A stretch of 59,561 bases of DNA, the filler included, from Stramenopiles sp. TOSAG23-6 (taxonomy: Eukaryota): assembly GCA_900128565.1 (NCBI GenBank). It is 11 parts of 11 records of this genome, joined end to end, with 100 filler letters (N's around TTAATTAATTAA, not from the genome) between each part and the next. Parts side by side here need not be neighbours in the genome. Positions count along the whole stretch, not along the records: positions 10,873 to 16,208 come from LT636926.1; positions 16,309 to 21,640 come from LT636927.1; positions 21,741 to 27,065 come from LT636928.1; 8 more parts are not named here. One strand, given 5' to 3'. The notes beneath the pieces are model-generated. The model saw nothing but the letters and a program-made list of their open reading frames with translations, made no database searches and was not told the origin of the DNA. Made by a program: the position numbers and the translations under genes. This document shows positions 12,294-22,369 of this stretch, piece after piece; position 1 is the first letter of the stretch, and every line of letters starts with the position of its first letter.

Positions 12294-12500
12294 ATGGACG
12301 TTAACGAACTTGTATTCAAACCTCTCTTCCAATTCGGTTTAGATTCGTACCGCCTGGTTCAAAAATGCACCAAGCCAGACCGCACTGAATTTACCCGTGT
12401 ATTTTTCGCTACTAGCTGTGGGTTCTTTATTATGGGATTTATTGGTTTCTTTGTCAAACTTGTTCATATTCCTATAAATAATATTATCGTAGGGCGTTAA
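12294..12500 (+). CDS. SEC61G: Sec61 gamma (third copy)
   Basis: Identical copy. Confidence 0.95.
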   Translation: MDVNELVFKPLFQFGLDSYRLVQKCTKPDRTEFTRVFFATSCGFFIMGFIGFFVKLVHIPINNIIVGR

Positions 12501-12908
12501 AACACATGTGAAAAAAAAAAAAAAAAAAACAGGATTTTTCGTACGAAATTTCGTACCTAACGAAAAAAAAAATCGACGTCTAGTCTATCCTTTTTTTTTT
12601 GTGATTATTTGATAAATAAACAACACTCTAGAGAATGTAGAGACATTATTTTATACTATGTATATATATACATGATACACAAGGAAAATAGCAACATGAA
12701 AAGAATGTATATCAACATGAAAAAAATATATATTTTATTACACTTCATTTAAAAGTACAACAAGGATAATCAACCCTAACCCTAGTACAAAGACATTCAT
12801 TGTAGGGCTAGTGGCCTCTTTTTGAGTACTCATTTTGTGTAATGAGTTCATTGTGTTACTTTATATGTTTTAGATATAATAGATTTTTTCTATGTTACAT
12901 TCTCCAAA

Positions 12909-14657
12909 TTATACATTTTTGGACGTTTCTTCCATTTCAATGTCAAAGTCGTCAGGTACATTTCTCAAAATCCAGCGGTCAATTTCATCTTCCATGTCGT
13001 CTTTGTCGTGTATCGAAATATCTCCAACTTGAGCCGCTCTTTGTGCTTTCAACTTCTTCGCTTCCTCTTCAAAACCCCGGACAGAACGCATATGACTTGT
13101 TTCGTTTACTTCAGTCAAGAATTCCTTTATTTTGTGTGCTGTTGGTGTGGTCGGTCGTAGTGGACTTTGTTCCAATGAACTTTCCAGCGCTGCATTACTA
13201 TTCTTGAGAACAGTTTTATCAGAAAATGTAGATGCAATTGCACGATCAATACCTAAAACATGACCACCTAATATATTTCCGACGGCATCACCACGTTCAA
13301 TAGGTAAATACAACTGCGAATCAATTGGGTTGGAGTGGGTATCAAAGTCAAGAAATTCGGAAATTACAGTATCCGATATATCACTAAAACTATCATACTT
13401 TTTCATAGGATTAGATACACTAGATAATATAGCTCGGGAGACAGAAAACTCCATTTGAAGACATTCTGCAATGGAATATTCTACTTTTTTACAACCCCCT
13501 ATACGTTGCATTGCGTGAGTTAGTTTTAGAGCTAGAGGGGAACGCTCATGGAGTAACACTTGAAGAGTTTGACTCGCCCAGTCAGCTAACGAATCGCCTG
13601 CAGAACCTGAAGCAAGTTGTTCCAATTGTTCGATAATTTCCTCAATACTGTCTTGATTGAAACAAGTATCAATTAATTCTAAATGATTTGACAACCAAGT
13701 CTCTGGTATAACTGCAGTATCACCTGTAATAGTGTCTCCATGCGTACCGTATGAAATTGCAGTATCAAAACTGGCTTCAACTAGGCAATCTGCTAGTGTT
13801 GAGTTCATACGACTTGATATATTATCAATATCGTCTCTAAGAAATCCTATAGAACCACTTAATACGGGTGTGTAATGCGTGGCAATACCAGTATGAAGAG
13901 CATCCGCTCCAGTTACCCGGGCCCCTGTTAACGATAACCATAGACCTATACCAGACATTCGATCTTCATTACCACGAAACTGAAGTCGAGGAAGATTATA
14001 TGATGCACCCATATCTGGTATCCATCCTATTTCTGTCTCTGGTAATTGAAATATTGTCTTATCAGTAGCAATGCGAACACGATTTAATAAGGAAAGTGAA
14101 GCGGCAGACCCGGATGTTAAGCCATCAAGAAGTGTAATCACTGGTGTCCCGGATGTCGCTAAACGATAGCTAAGATAATTCTCCTGTCTTAATATGTCAA
14201 TAGCTTTATCCAATGAACCATTTTGTACCATTTGTACGAGTGCAGGATGATCACGGCCTCTACAAAACACATCAGAACGTTGGTCATTGCTTCCTTGATA
14301 ACCACCAAGGAAAATAGCCAAAATTTGAGAATTTGGTTCCCAAAGTTCATGAAGGCGTGTTAGTTGCTGAACGGTAGAAAGATCAAGAACATTATCTCCA
14401 TTGTTCGTATTTACTTCTGCCATTCTCCATGTAGCATTCCCTTCGGAAATTAGAACCTTCTCGTCTGATCGGAAAGGTTGTCGGACAACTTCTTCATCGC
14501 GAGATGAGAGAAGACCACGAGACAGAGGATGTTTTTCTTCATCTTTGTTTGTGTCTATATTACTCGTACTGAAACTACACGATGATAAAGCTGTCGAGTG
14601 ACGTAAGTGTGATGCGGATGTGCGCGTAAATGTTCGAACTAATTGTGTGGAAGACAT
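12909..14657 (-). CDS. HIBCH-like protein (third copy)
   Basis: Identical copy. Confidence 0.85.
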   Translation of the reverse strand: MSSTQLVRTFTRTSASHLRHSTALSSCSFSTSNIDTNKDEEKHPLSRGLLSSRDEEVVRQPFRSDEKVLISEGNATWRMAEVNTNNGDNVLDLSTVQQLTRLHELWEPNSQILAIFLGGYQGSNDQRSDVFCRGRDHPALVQMVQNGSLDKAIDILRQENYLSYRLATSGTPVITLLDGLTSGSAASLSLLNRVRIATDKTIFQLPETEIGWIPDMGASYNLPRLQFRGNEDRMSGIGLWLSLTGARVTGADALHTGIATHYTPVLSGSIGFLRDDIDNISSRMNSTLADCLVEASFDTAISYGTHGDTITGDTAVIPETWLSNHLELIDTCFNQDSIEEIIEQLEQLASGSAGDSLADWASQTLQVLLHERSPLALKLTHAMQRIGGCKKVEYSIAECLQMEFSVSRAILSSVSNPMKKYDSFSDISDTVISEFLDFDTHSNPIDSQLYLPIERGDAVGNILGGHVLGIDRAIASTFSDKTVLKNSNAALESSLEQSPLRPTTPTAHKIKEFLTEVNETSHMRSVRGFEEEAKKLKAQRAAQVGDISIHDKDDMEDEIDRWILRNVPDDFDIEMEETSKNV

Positions 14658-14994
14658 AATCACACCAACTTGTTGAATACACTACAAAAGTAATCTGGAT
14701 ATTTTAGTTTTGTTGTGTGTGTTTGCGACTGACTTTTGATTAATTCTAATGCGCCACGTGCTCGAAGTTAAAATTTTTGACTCGTGTGTTACCCGGTTCC
14801 AAAAATAAAGCTGCTTTGATCCATTGAATTCAGATCGTAAACCGTAAAATAAAATTGACAAAAAAATGTCATAAAAATTAAATACTACTACGTCAAAGAC
14901 CGAAAAGACTATTTCCCTGTAAGGGGTAAAGACATACACAATACATACAGTAACATTATTTAAATTCACTTCATTTTGAGCAATATTTTTAGCC

Positions 14995-15522
14995 ATGAAT
15001 GGTCAAATCATGTTTTTCTATCTCTTCATTTTGGGATGGATCAGTTCTAGTGCAATACACGTTGAAAAGAATTATATTTGTTTGAATCACAATGAAAATC
15101 CTGATAATACTTGCTCTGTTCACAAAGACAGAATTTCTTGTACGTCTTCGTATGATACAACACATAAGAAGTGTTTATATGTGTATAGAAAAGCCGCACA
15201 ATTAAATGAAACATGTTGTCCAAATAAGAAAGAAGATAATGGGAAATGCGCCGAAAAAATAGGTGGTCTACAGTGTGATGCAAATTTGTACTGCTACGTT
15301 TCCACTTTTCGTGGTGACGTTGGCACCTGCGTCTTACGAAGCAGTGTTGCTTTTATTGGCCAGACATGTTGCAAAACAAAAACAGAAGTATGTACAGCAC
15401 CACACTGTGCGTCAGGATTGACTTGTTATTCTAGCCCATCTTTTTTTGGTACGTGTGGTCGATCGTTTCCATCTCTTCGAAGTCGAAATGGAGAAAACAG
15501 TACACTATTTTCCTGGTTTTGA
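14995..15522 (+). CDS. Secreted cysteine-rich protein (third copy)
   Basis: Identical copy. Confidence 0.7.
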   Translation: MNGQIMFFYLFILGWISSSAIHVEKNYICLNHNENPDNTCSVHKDRISCTSSYDTTHKKCLYVYRKAAQLNETCCPNKKEDNGKCAEKIGGLQCDANLYCYVSTFRGDVGTCVLRSSVAFIGQTCCKTKTEVCTAPHCASGLTCYSSPSFFGTCGRSFPSLRSRNGENSTLFSWF

Positions 15523-16308
15523 ATTTAAAAAAAAAATAATACTAGAGAACTGTGTGTAACAAGATCGTTACAATCCCAATATACATTGGATAACTTGGAA
15601 GCTTGTGCATTTGTATACAAAATGATAAAATAATACATTTGCAACTTACATTTCATTCAAATTTCATATTTATTCTTTTATCCTTAGGGTTAGGGTAAAA
15701 AGACACATCAGAGGGAAGAAAGATTATTTCTCTCTGGTGTTTTTTTTCCCTTTACATTATCTATGTGGTTCATTTTGGAACTGTAGCTAGATTGCCTACA
15801 ATGCAACATAAAGAAAAAACAACAAAAACAAATTTAAATTTAAATTTAAATTTTTTTATAAAACAATTAGAAAAAACAAAAACAAATTCATTTATTTTTG
15901 TATTTTTGTATGTAACAATTAGAAAAAACAGAAATAATAAAAACAAAATTAAATTTTTTTTTAATTCACAAATCAACATGTTAACATAATGTTTAAGTGG
16001 TCAAGTTTTACACTTCACAAACAAAAAAAGAACAAAAAAAATACAATTTTTACATTTTGTCATTTTTTTTTGGACATTACAAATTTTTATTGAGTTTCTA
16101 ATATTTTTGTTACAATACCAGCCGCAATGTATTGTAAAAAAATATTTTTTTTTTGTAATTTTTTTGTTAGGTACAAAATTTTTATAAAAAACCAAAAAAA
16201 AAAAAAAANNNNNNNNNNNNNNNNNNNNNNNNNNNNNNNNNNNNNNNNNNNNTTAATTAATTAANNNNNNNNNNNNNNNNNNNNNNNNNNNNNNNNNNNN
16301 NNNNNNNN

Positions 16309-17289
16309 ATTATTACATTGCAAAAGGTATCATATTTGAAGATGACAACTTTTCGAGAATTCGAAGTATGTTAACTTCTGGTGGAAAGAGTGGAAAAGAT
16401 AGCAAGAATTATTCTTCATTGAATGATTATGAGTGGTTACATAAGAGCCATAAGCATAAACGTGCAATTCTTCGAACAGTTCACAATTATGTAAATTATC
16501 ATGTTCATGCAAATATTCTTGAAGATGAGTTTCTTGAGTGGCTGCCCTCAGTGAATGCTATGGCAATTGTAATGGCAGTTCGTCGTGATTTGGGTTTTTA
16601 TCCTTGGCGAAAAGAATTCGATGTACGTGTTCATCATTTACTTGAATTTTTGTTTTTTGATACAAAATTATGTACCTAACGAATTTTTTTTTTACGAAAA
16701 AAAAAAAATATTTTTCACAATATATGAACTCTCCGGGCATAAGCATACAGCTGTATATGAAAGTGCTTGTAGAGTATGGACATTACACCAAAAGCGTAAT
16801 AATAACCAAATACGACGGAGATTGCCGCCTATAAAAGCACCTATGGAGGAGGATGAGTCACCTCGAAGCATTGGTGCCATCGTAGATTTAGATTCAACAT
16901 CACCAACAAAGACAAAGACAAATAAAAAGACTAAAGCATACTTGAGTGATCAAGAAACAAACCGAAGGCTTCATCAAAAGGATTCTACGATATACGGACA
17001 AATTTCATTGAAGTCAAATGAAAAATATAGTCATTCAAATACAAATTGCTCAGAGAATAGTAATAATAAAAGACCAAATAGAAAACAATCTTATTCAAAA
17101 GTAACAAGCAACTCATCCGGAGTGGTTGTTGAGCCTAATGCTGTAACAACTACTGCATCTGTTAAAAGTCGACAACGACAACGATGCATCCCTCAAGATT
17201 CCCGGAGAGCTGTATATAAGTCACGTAGAAAAAGTCGCGGACTACTAATGATGCAAATATCAAAGCGGTCACGTGGTAAAGGCAGGTAA
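16309..17289 (+). CDS. Cyclin-family protein, C-terminal part (exons ..16622, 16726-17289)
   Basis: EFLEWLPSVNAMAIVMAVRRDLGFYPWRKEFD|ELSGH resembles the Cyclin_C fold. Confidence 0.7.
16623..16725 (+). other. GT-AT family intron (103 bp)
   Basis: GAT|GTACGT...GTACCTAAC...CACAATATAT|GAA restores frame. Confidence 0.8.
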
Positions 17290-17460
17290 ATCATTTCATT
17301 GCATTTTACAATAAATTCATGATTAAAATATTTTTTTAGAATTTGTTTATAGTAAAAAATGATTTGAAAGATCGTTTTCTCTCAGTTACAGTTGTACAGT
17401 CTACGATGTATCCATAAGTTGAAACACTATTTTGATTCGATTTTTTTTTGTTTTTTTGTT

Positions 17461-19089
17461 TTACTGTTTTCCTTTTTTCTTCTTTTTCGCCGCGTTCATT
17501 AGCATGTTCTCACGGTCAATCATGTGACGTGTTTTTTGCATTAGACTCAATAATTCAGTGGTATCGTTGCTCCAATCGTTGAGAATTGTGTTTGCATCCT
17601 CTGGCTGGCTAAAAGAAATGACACCTTTTGGTCTATCAATACGGGCAAACAGAGGCATACATTCCTCATTTGTTGGACAAACCATGTCACAAACAACTCG
17701 TTCCGCTTTAGCCTCATCCAACAGCAATAATTGAGCCAATCGGTTTGTCGAAATACGTGAATAATACTTAGATACAATTCGCACATTGTGCTGTAATATT
17801 CGTAAATGGAGCATTTCAGCCCACTTTGCAGAAAGGTCTTTCCAAACGGCAGTGTTAGTGAATACAGAATGCTGTTGGAGGTCAGATTGATATGGCAAAG
17901 GCCAAGGAGCATATATTGTGAAAAATATTTCTTTTTTGGTTTACACATTCGTTAGGTACAATATTTCGTATGAAAAAAAAATACATTTGAAATTCGATTT
18001 TTGAAAACGTACAATTTCAGAGTCTGAAAAATGTTTCAATAATTGCTTCATAGAAGCCACATTTGGATGTTCCAGACGAGTTGCTTGCATTTTTTGAAGA
18101 GTATGTAACATTGTATTTTGTTCTACACCAAACTCCGATAAAACACAAAAGATGCAAGCGTGACTAAGAGCCTCTTGCCACTTTGTAGAATCCTGTAAAA
18201 TTGACGGAGTATTCAATATTCCGACATAATCCCTGCACAAGCTTAACGTTTCAGCCATAATTGTATGATATTCAATGAGTAAGTTGTAATATTTTAGCTT
18301 TAATTCTTGGAATTCTTTACCACATAACACCTTCTTATCGATTTTTTTGGCAATGATAAATGCGCGGTCATGATCTTTTTTAGCGAGACAGAGACGTACT
18401 TGTTCTAAGATGAAAGCAGTTTTCTCCAATTTGTCCATGGTCCCATATGTTTCCACCTTAACTTCTTGAAGAATATCTGCAGCTTCGACGATTTTGCCCT
18501 CATCTTCACGGATTGAGGCAAGACGTTTTGTAAGTCTAGCACGCTCGACTTCGAGAAAAATCTTTCCTTCCGAAATTTCACGAAGAGTTGTTATGAGTCT
18601 CAATTCTTCTTCTTTACTTTCTTGTCGCGCATTGTCAAGTTCAGCGATACCTTGTTTTGCGATTTTACCTATTACCTTGCGATGCTGTTGTCGACGTTTA
18701 GAAATAACAACGAGGTTGACGTTTATCGCGTCCCAGTCATGTACTGCGATACATAACTCCATGAGAAGGGCACAAACCTCAACAGATATATCAAACTCCA
18801 TCGCAGACCGAGTCTTCTTTTCCAATTTCAACAACAAATCTATCGCCGACTGGAGCTCTCCGGTTGATGCAAGTGTTTTGGCTTCGATTGCAGTACTCGC
18901 CCACTCGGGGCCAAAGTCTTTTTTCTTTATAACCAACTCAGGTGCCCCAATACCTCCGCGATCTGTTTTTTTGGACATCTTGCGGAGCATATCATAAACA
19001 GACAAATCTTTCTCACGCTGAGATTTACCCTCATCTTGAGCATCACTAACAGGAACCTCTATTGGTATTTCTTGGCCTGGAGTAGCCAT
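17461..19089 (-). CDS. PSMD12: 26S proteasome lid subunit RPN5/PSMD12 (exons 19089-18013, 17910-17461)
   Basis: LLKLEKKTR, EGKIFLEVERARLT, VETYGTMDKLEK, HNVRIVSKYYSRI, ARIDRP motifs. Confidence 0.96.
17911..18012 (-). other. GT-AT family intron (102 bp) in RPN5
   Basis: ATT|GTACGT...GTACCTAAC...CACAATATAT|GCT gives FSDSEI-APWPLP; contains an in-frame stop. Confidence 0.85.
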
Positions 19090-19197
19090 TTGTTACACTT
19101 GCGCAGCAAATAAGGAATTTCACTCGACTTAGAATAATCGATACGATGATGAGAGATTGAAATTGATGTCGAAGGAAGAAGCCTCTCAAAATTAGCC

Positions 19198-19213
19198 GTT
19201 AGGGTTAGGGTTA
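19198..19213. promoter_or_regulatory. (TTAGGG)n telo-box-like motif in the divergent RPN5/AP2A promoter
   Basis: GTTAGGGTTAGGGTTA in a 261-bp head-to-head intergenic region; similar motifs at 978-1010. Confidence 0.3.
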
Positions 19214-19350
19214 TGAGTCAAAAATTTGGAATACTGTACGTGTAAAAAAAATGCGATAAATTTCGTCGAAAATAGAGTGGACCTACGCACACACCGATTG
19301 TGTTCAAATTAATATTGATTTGTAAACTTCTTGGGGATTAGTATATCACA

Positions 19351-21563
19351 ATGGCTTTTCGCGGCTTAACAGTGTTTATTTCAGATTTGCGAAATTGCAA
19401 GTCGAAGGAAGCGGAAGTTGAACGCGTAGATTTAGAAATGGCAAATATTCGAAAGAAATTCACGTCTACAAAGAAGAAGCTCGACGCGTACAACCAGCAA
19501 AAATACGTTTGGAAAATGATGTATATGTGGATGTTGGGATATGAAGTTGATTTTGGACACATGGAAGTAATAACACTCATGAGTTCAACAAAGTTCTCTG
19601 AAAAAATGGTTGGATATTTGGCAACTTCAGTACTAATTACTCAAAATGACGAGTTAATGACACTAATAGTTAATTCTGTTAGGAATGATTTAACGAGTGG
19701 TGTAGCATTGAGCCAAGGTCTTGCTTTATCATGTATAGCAAACTTGAGTTTCCCACAGATGGCAGAAGCAACAAGGGAAATTGTGTACAAAGTACTTACT
19801 GCACCAGAGGCTTCTGGTGCCTTGAAAAAACGTGCGGCGCTTTGTCTTTTACGGATCATTCGTGTCAGCCCTGACTACGCTGAGTCTTTTCCCCGTGAAT
19901 GGGTTCCAGTAATTGCAAAAATGATGGAAAGCCGTCATTTAGGTCTTGTTACTTGTGTAGCGGCTCTACTGCTTGGGCTTATTTCTCTTGACTTTAAATC
20001 ATGTACATGTGCTATACCAGGCGCAATTCTAGTACTAGAAAAGTTAGCATTGGCTCGAAACAATATACCGTCAGATTATATGTATTATGTCACACCTAAT
20101 CCATGGCTACAGATCAAACTGCTAAAAATCTTACAATATTATCCAAAACCAACTGATACGGTTCTCTCTAACAAAATTATTAAAGTTCTTCAACAAATCC
20201 TTAAGAAGACTGTGGTGACGAAATCTGTAAACAAAAATAATGCGGATCATGGCGTCTTGTTTGAAGCAATTAATCTAATTATTCATTATGGTGGTGAAGG
20301 GTCTTTACGTAAAAAAGATGGACTTAAATTGAAGGCTGTAAAATTACTAGCACGATTTATGCAAATTAAAGAGCCAAATATCCGATATCTCGGATTGGCT
20401 ACCATGTATGTTTTATGTTTTGAATTTCGAAGTTAGTTTTTTTTTCGTACGAAATTTTGTACCTAACATTTTTTTTTTTTTTGAATTTCGAATTTATTTT
20501 TCCACAATACATGTCTCGCTTGGCTATGCTAGAGGGAACCAGTGAACATATCAAAAAATATCAAGGTGTCGTTATCCACGCGTTGAAAGATGCAGATATT
20601 TCCATTCGGAAAAGAAGTTTAGATTTGTTATTTGTGATGTGTGATGAATCAAATAGTGATACGATTGTTCAAGAGTTGGTGGAATATTTAGGTTCAGCAG
20701 ATATAAATGTACGTTTTATTTTTTTTTTTTACTATGAATTTTTTTTTCGTACGAAATTTTGTACCTAACGAATTCTTGTTTTTTTTTTTGAAATATTTTT
20801 TCACAATACATATTCGTCAACAAATGGTTTTGAAAATTGCGATTCTTGCGGAGCGTTTTGCTCCTGACCATAAATGGTACATAGATACAATTTTACGAAT
20901 TATTAATACTCATGGCGTCGATGTAGCAGATGATGTGTGGCATCGCTGTGTACAGATTATTAGCAATCATGAAGCTTTGCAAAGTTATGCGTCCGCAACT
21001 GTTTATGATGCTCTACAGCCTGTTCATGTATGTTTAATTTTTTTTTTTAACAAAAAAATCGAATTTATTTTTTTCAAAAAATTTTGTACCTAACGATTTA
21101 TTTTTGAAATATTTTTCCAAAATACATGTGCCTGAAGCTGTGATTAAAGCAGGCTCTTATATCTTGGGTGAGTATGGATATTTGTTAGCCGATCATGATG
21201 ATCAGAATATATGCGTCAGTGGAGCTATGCAATTTGAAACTTTACATCAGCATTTTGATCAGTGTACGTCTCAAGCAAAAGCAATAATGATACACACTTA
21301 CATTAAGATGGCCAACTTATATCCTGAGGATACTATTGATGGTGAATTGTTAAAAGACCGAGTCAAAGGTGTGTTAGAATATCATAGAAGTAGTTGGAAT
21401 ACTGAAATACAACAGCGTTCAAATGAATATGTAACTTTATTAGATGATGATGAAAAACTTCAATTAAGTTTAGATCAAATGCCTCCTTTTCCTGCTGATA
21501 AAGTTTCAAACTTAGTATTGATTCTTAGAGATCAACAGGAAAAAACTAGTGACAAAAATGCAT
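19351..21563 (+). CDS. AP2A: AP-2 complex subunit alpha, 3' partial (exons 19351-20405, 20513-20708, 20812-21027, 21128-21563)
   Basis: RGLTVFISDLRNCKSKEAE, VDFGHME, EPNIRYLGL, DADISIRKRSLDLL, LKIAILAERFA, YILGEYG, EIQQRSNEY. Confidence 0.97.
20406..20512 (+). other. GT-AT family intron (107 bp), AP2A intron 1
   Basis: ACCAT|GTATGT...CACAATACAT|GTCT gives LGLATM-SRL. Confidence 0.88.
20709..20811 (+). other. GT-AT family intron (103 bp), AP2A intron 2
   Basis: AAT|GTACGT...CACAATACAT|ATT gives ADIN-IRQQMVLK; no AG anywhere in the intron. Confidence 0.88.
21028..21127 (+). other. GT-AT family intron (100 bp), AP2A intron 3
   Basis: CAT|GTATGT...CAAAATACAT|GTG gives ALQPVH-VPEAVIK; no AG anywhere in the intron. 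Confidence 0.88.
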
Positions 21564-21796
21564 GTATATTTTATTTTTTTCAAATTCGATTTTTTTTTCG
21601 TACGAAATTTTGTACCTAACAAATTTTAGTTTTTTTTTTTNNNNNNNNNNNNNNNNNNNNNNNNNNNNNNNNNNNNNNNNNNNNTTAATTAATTAANNNN
21701 NNNNNNNNNNNNNNNNNNNNNNNNNNNNNNNNNNNNNNNNTTTTGTACCTAACAAATTTAAGTTTTTTTTTTTTGAAATATTTTTCCAAAATACAT

Positions 21797-22110
21797 TACC
21801 CATTCTTGGCCATGTCAATTTACCTTTACATTATATTGGAAAACCACTTGAATTTCTATTTACAACTACACCTTTTAAATTTATTCGTACAATTCCATAT
21901 ATTGGATCTCTATTTACTCCACCTGTCAGTGTTGAGGACGTTGCAACGAAAGCTGCAGAAGCTGCATTGGGTCAAATCGTGAGTGACCCTAACCCTAACC
22001 CTAACTCAAACTCAAACATGAAAGATGATTCTGACGATTCGTTGCATGTATTGAGTGATGGCTGGTCATGTCGTGATAGTAAATGTTTAGTACAAGATTT
22101 TAATTATTAG
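21797..22110 (+). CDS. Terminal exon of an atypical SDR/NAD(P)-binding protein (Coq11/At1g32220-like)
   Basis: After TACAT acceptor: LPLHYIGKPLE...IPYIGSLFTPPVSVEDVA (frame not in ORF track). Confidence 0.6.
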
Positions 22111-22369
22111 ACATTTTATTTGATGTTTTGTTTAAATAAAATTCAAAGTCTTGAACTAAAAATAAAAACAAGAAAATAGAATGTCCAATATTTTTTTTAT
22201 GACTTTTTCGTGTTTTCAACCGACGGTATGTTATTTTTATTATAGTACTAAAAACGTATGCATTAGTATGTATCCAATGTATTAGTAATTTAGTATACCC
22301 AAAGAGCTCCAGAGAGTTCCAAAGGTTCCGTAACTATACCTTACTCTCAGGTAGTGTGGGAGAAAATCC

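Larger units (their letters stand above)
1..16208. repeat. Three apparently identical copies of one 5336-bp contig (1-5336, 5437-10772, 10873-16208); redundancy artefact
   Basis: Identical ORF sets at a 5436-bp period, separated by artificial N/TTAATTAATTAA/N spacers. Confidence 0.97.

Noticed and set aside
1-16208. Tandem gene amplification (3x; also 2x at 32589-43322)
   Set aside because: Copies look identical, have the same truncated ends and are separated by artificial spacers; contigs are length-sorted, so duplicates fall adjacent
18494-18997. Antisense ORFs within RPN5 and other long genes
   Set aside because: Shadow frames with no recognisable protein features
20404-20510. Classical U12 AT-AC introns
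   Set aside because: No RTATCCTT donor or TCCTTAAC branch consensus, the branch is too far from the acceptor, and informative junctions favour GT-AT
19351-21563. Pseudogenes, frameshifting or alternative genetic code
   Set aside because: Exons are intact and conserved, breaks coincide exactly with the inserts, and TAA, TAG and TGA all serve as normal stops
20406-21640. CRISPR-like array of the GTACGAAATTTTGTACCTAAC repeat
   Set aside because: Irregular spacing; the intervening sequences are exons of a eukaryotic gene; no cas genes
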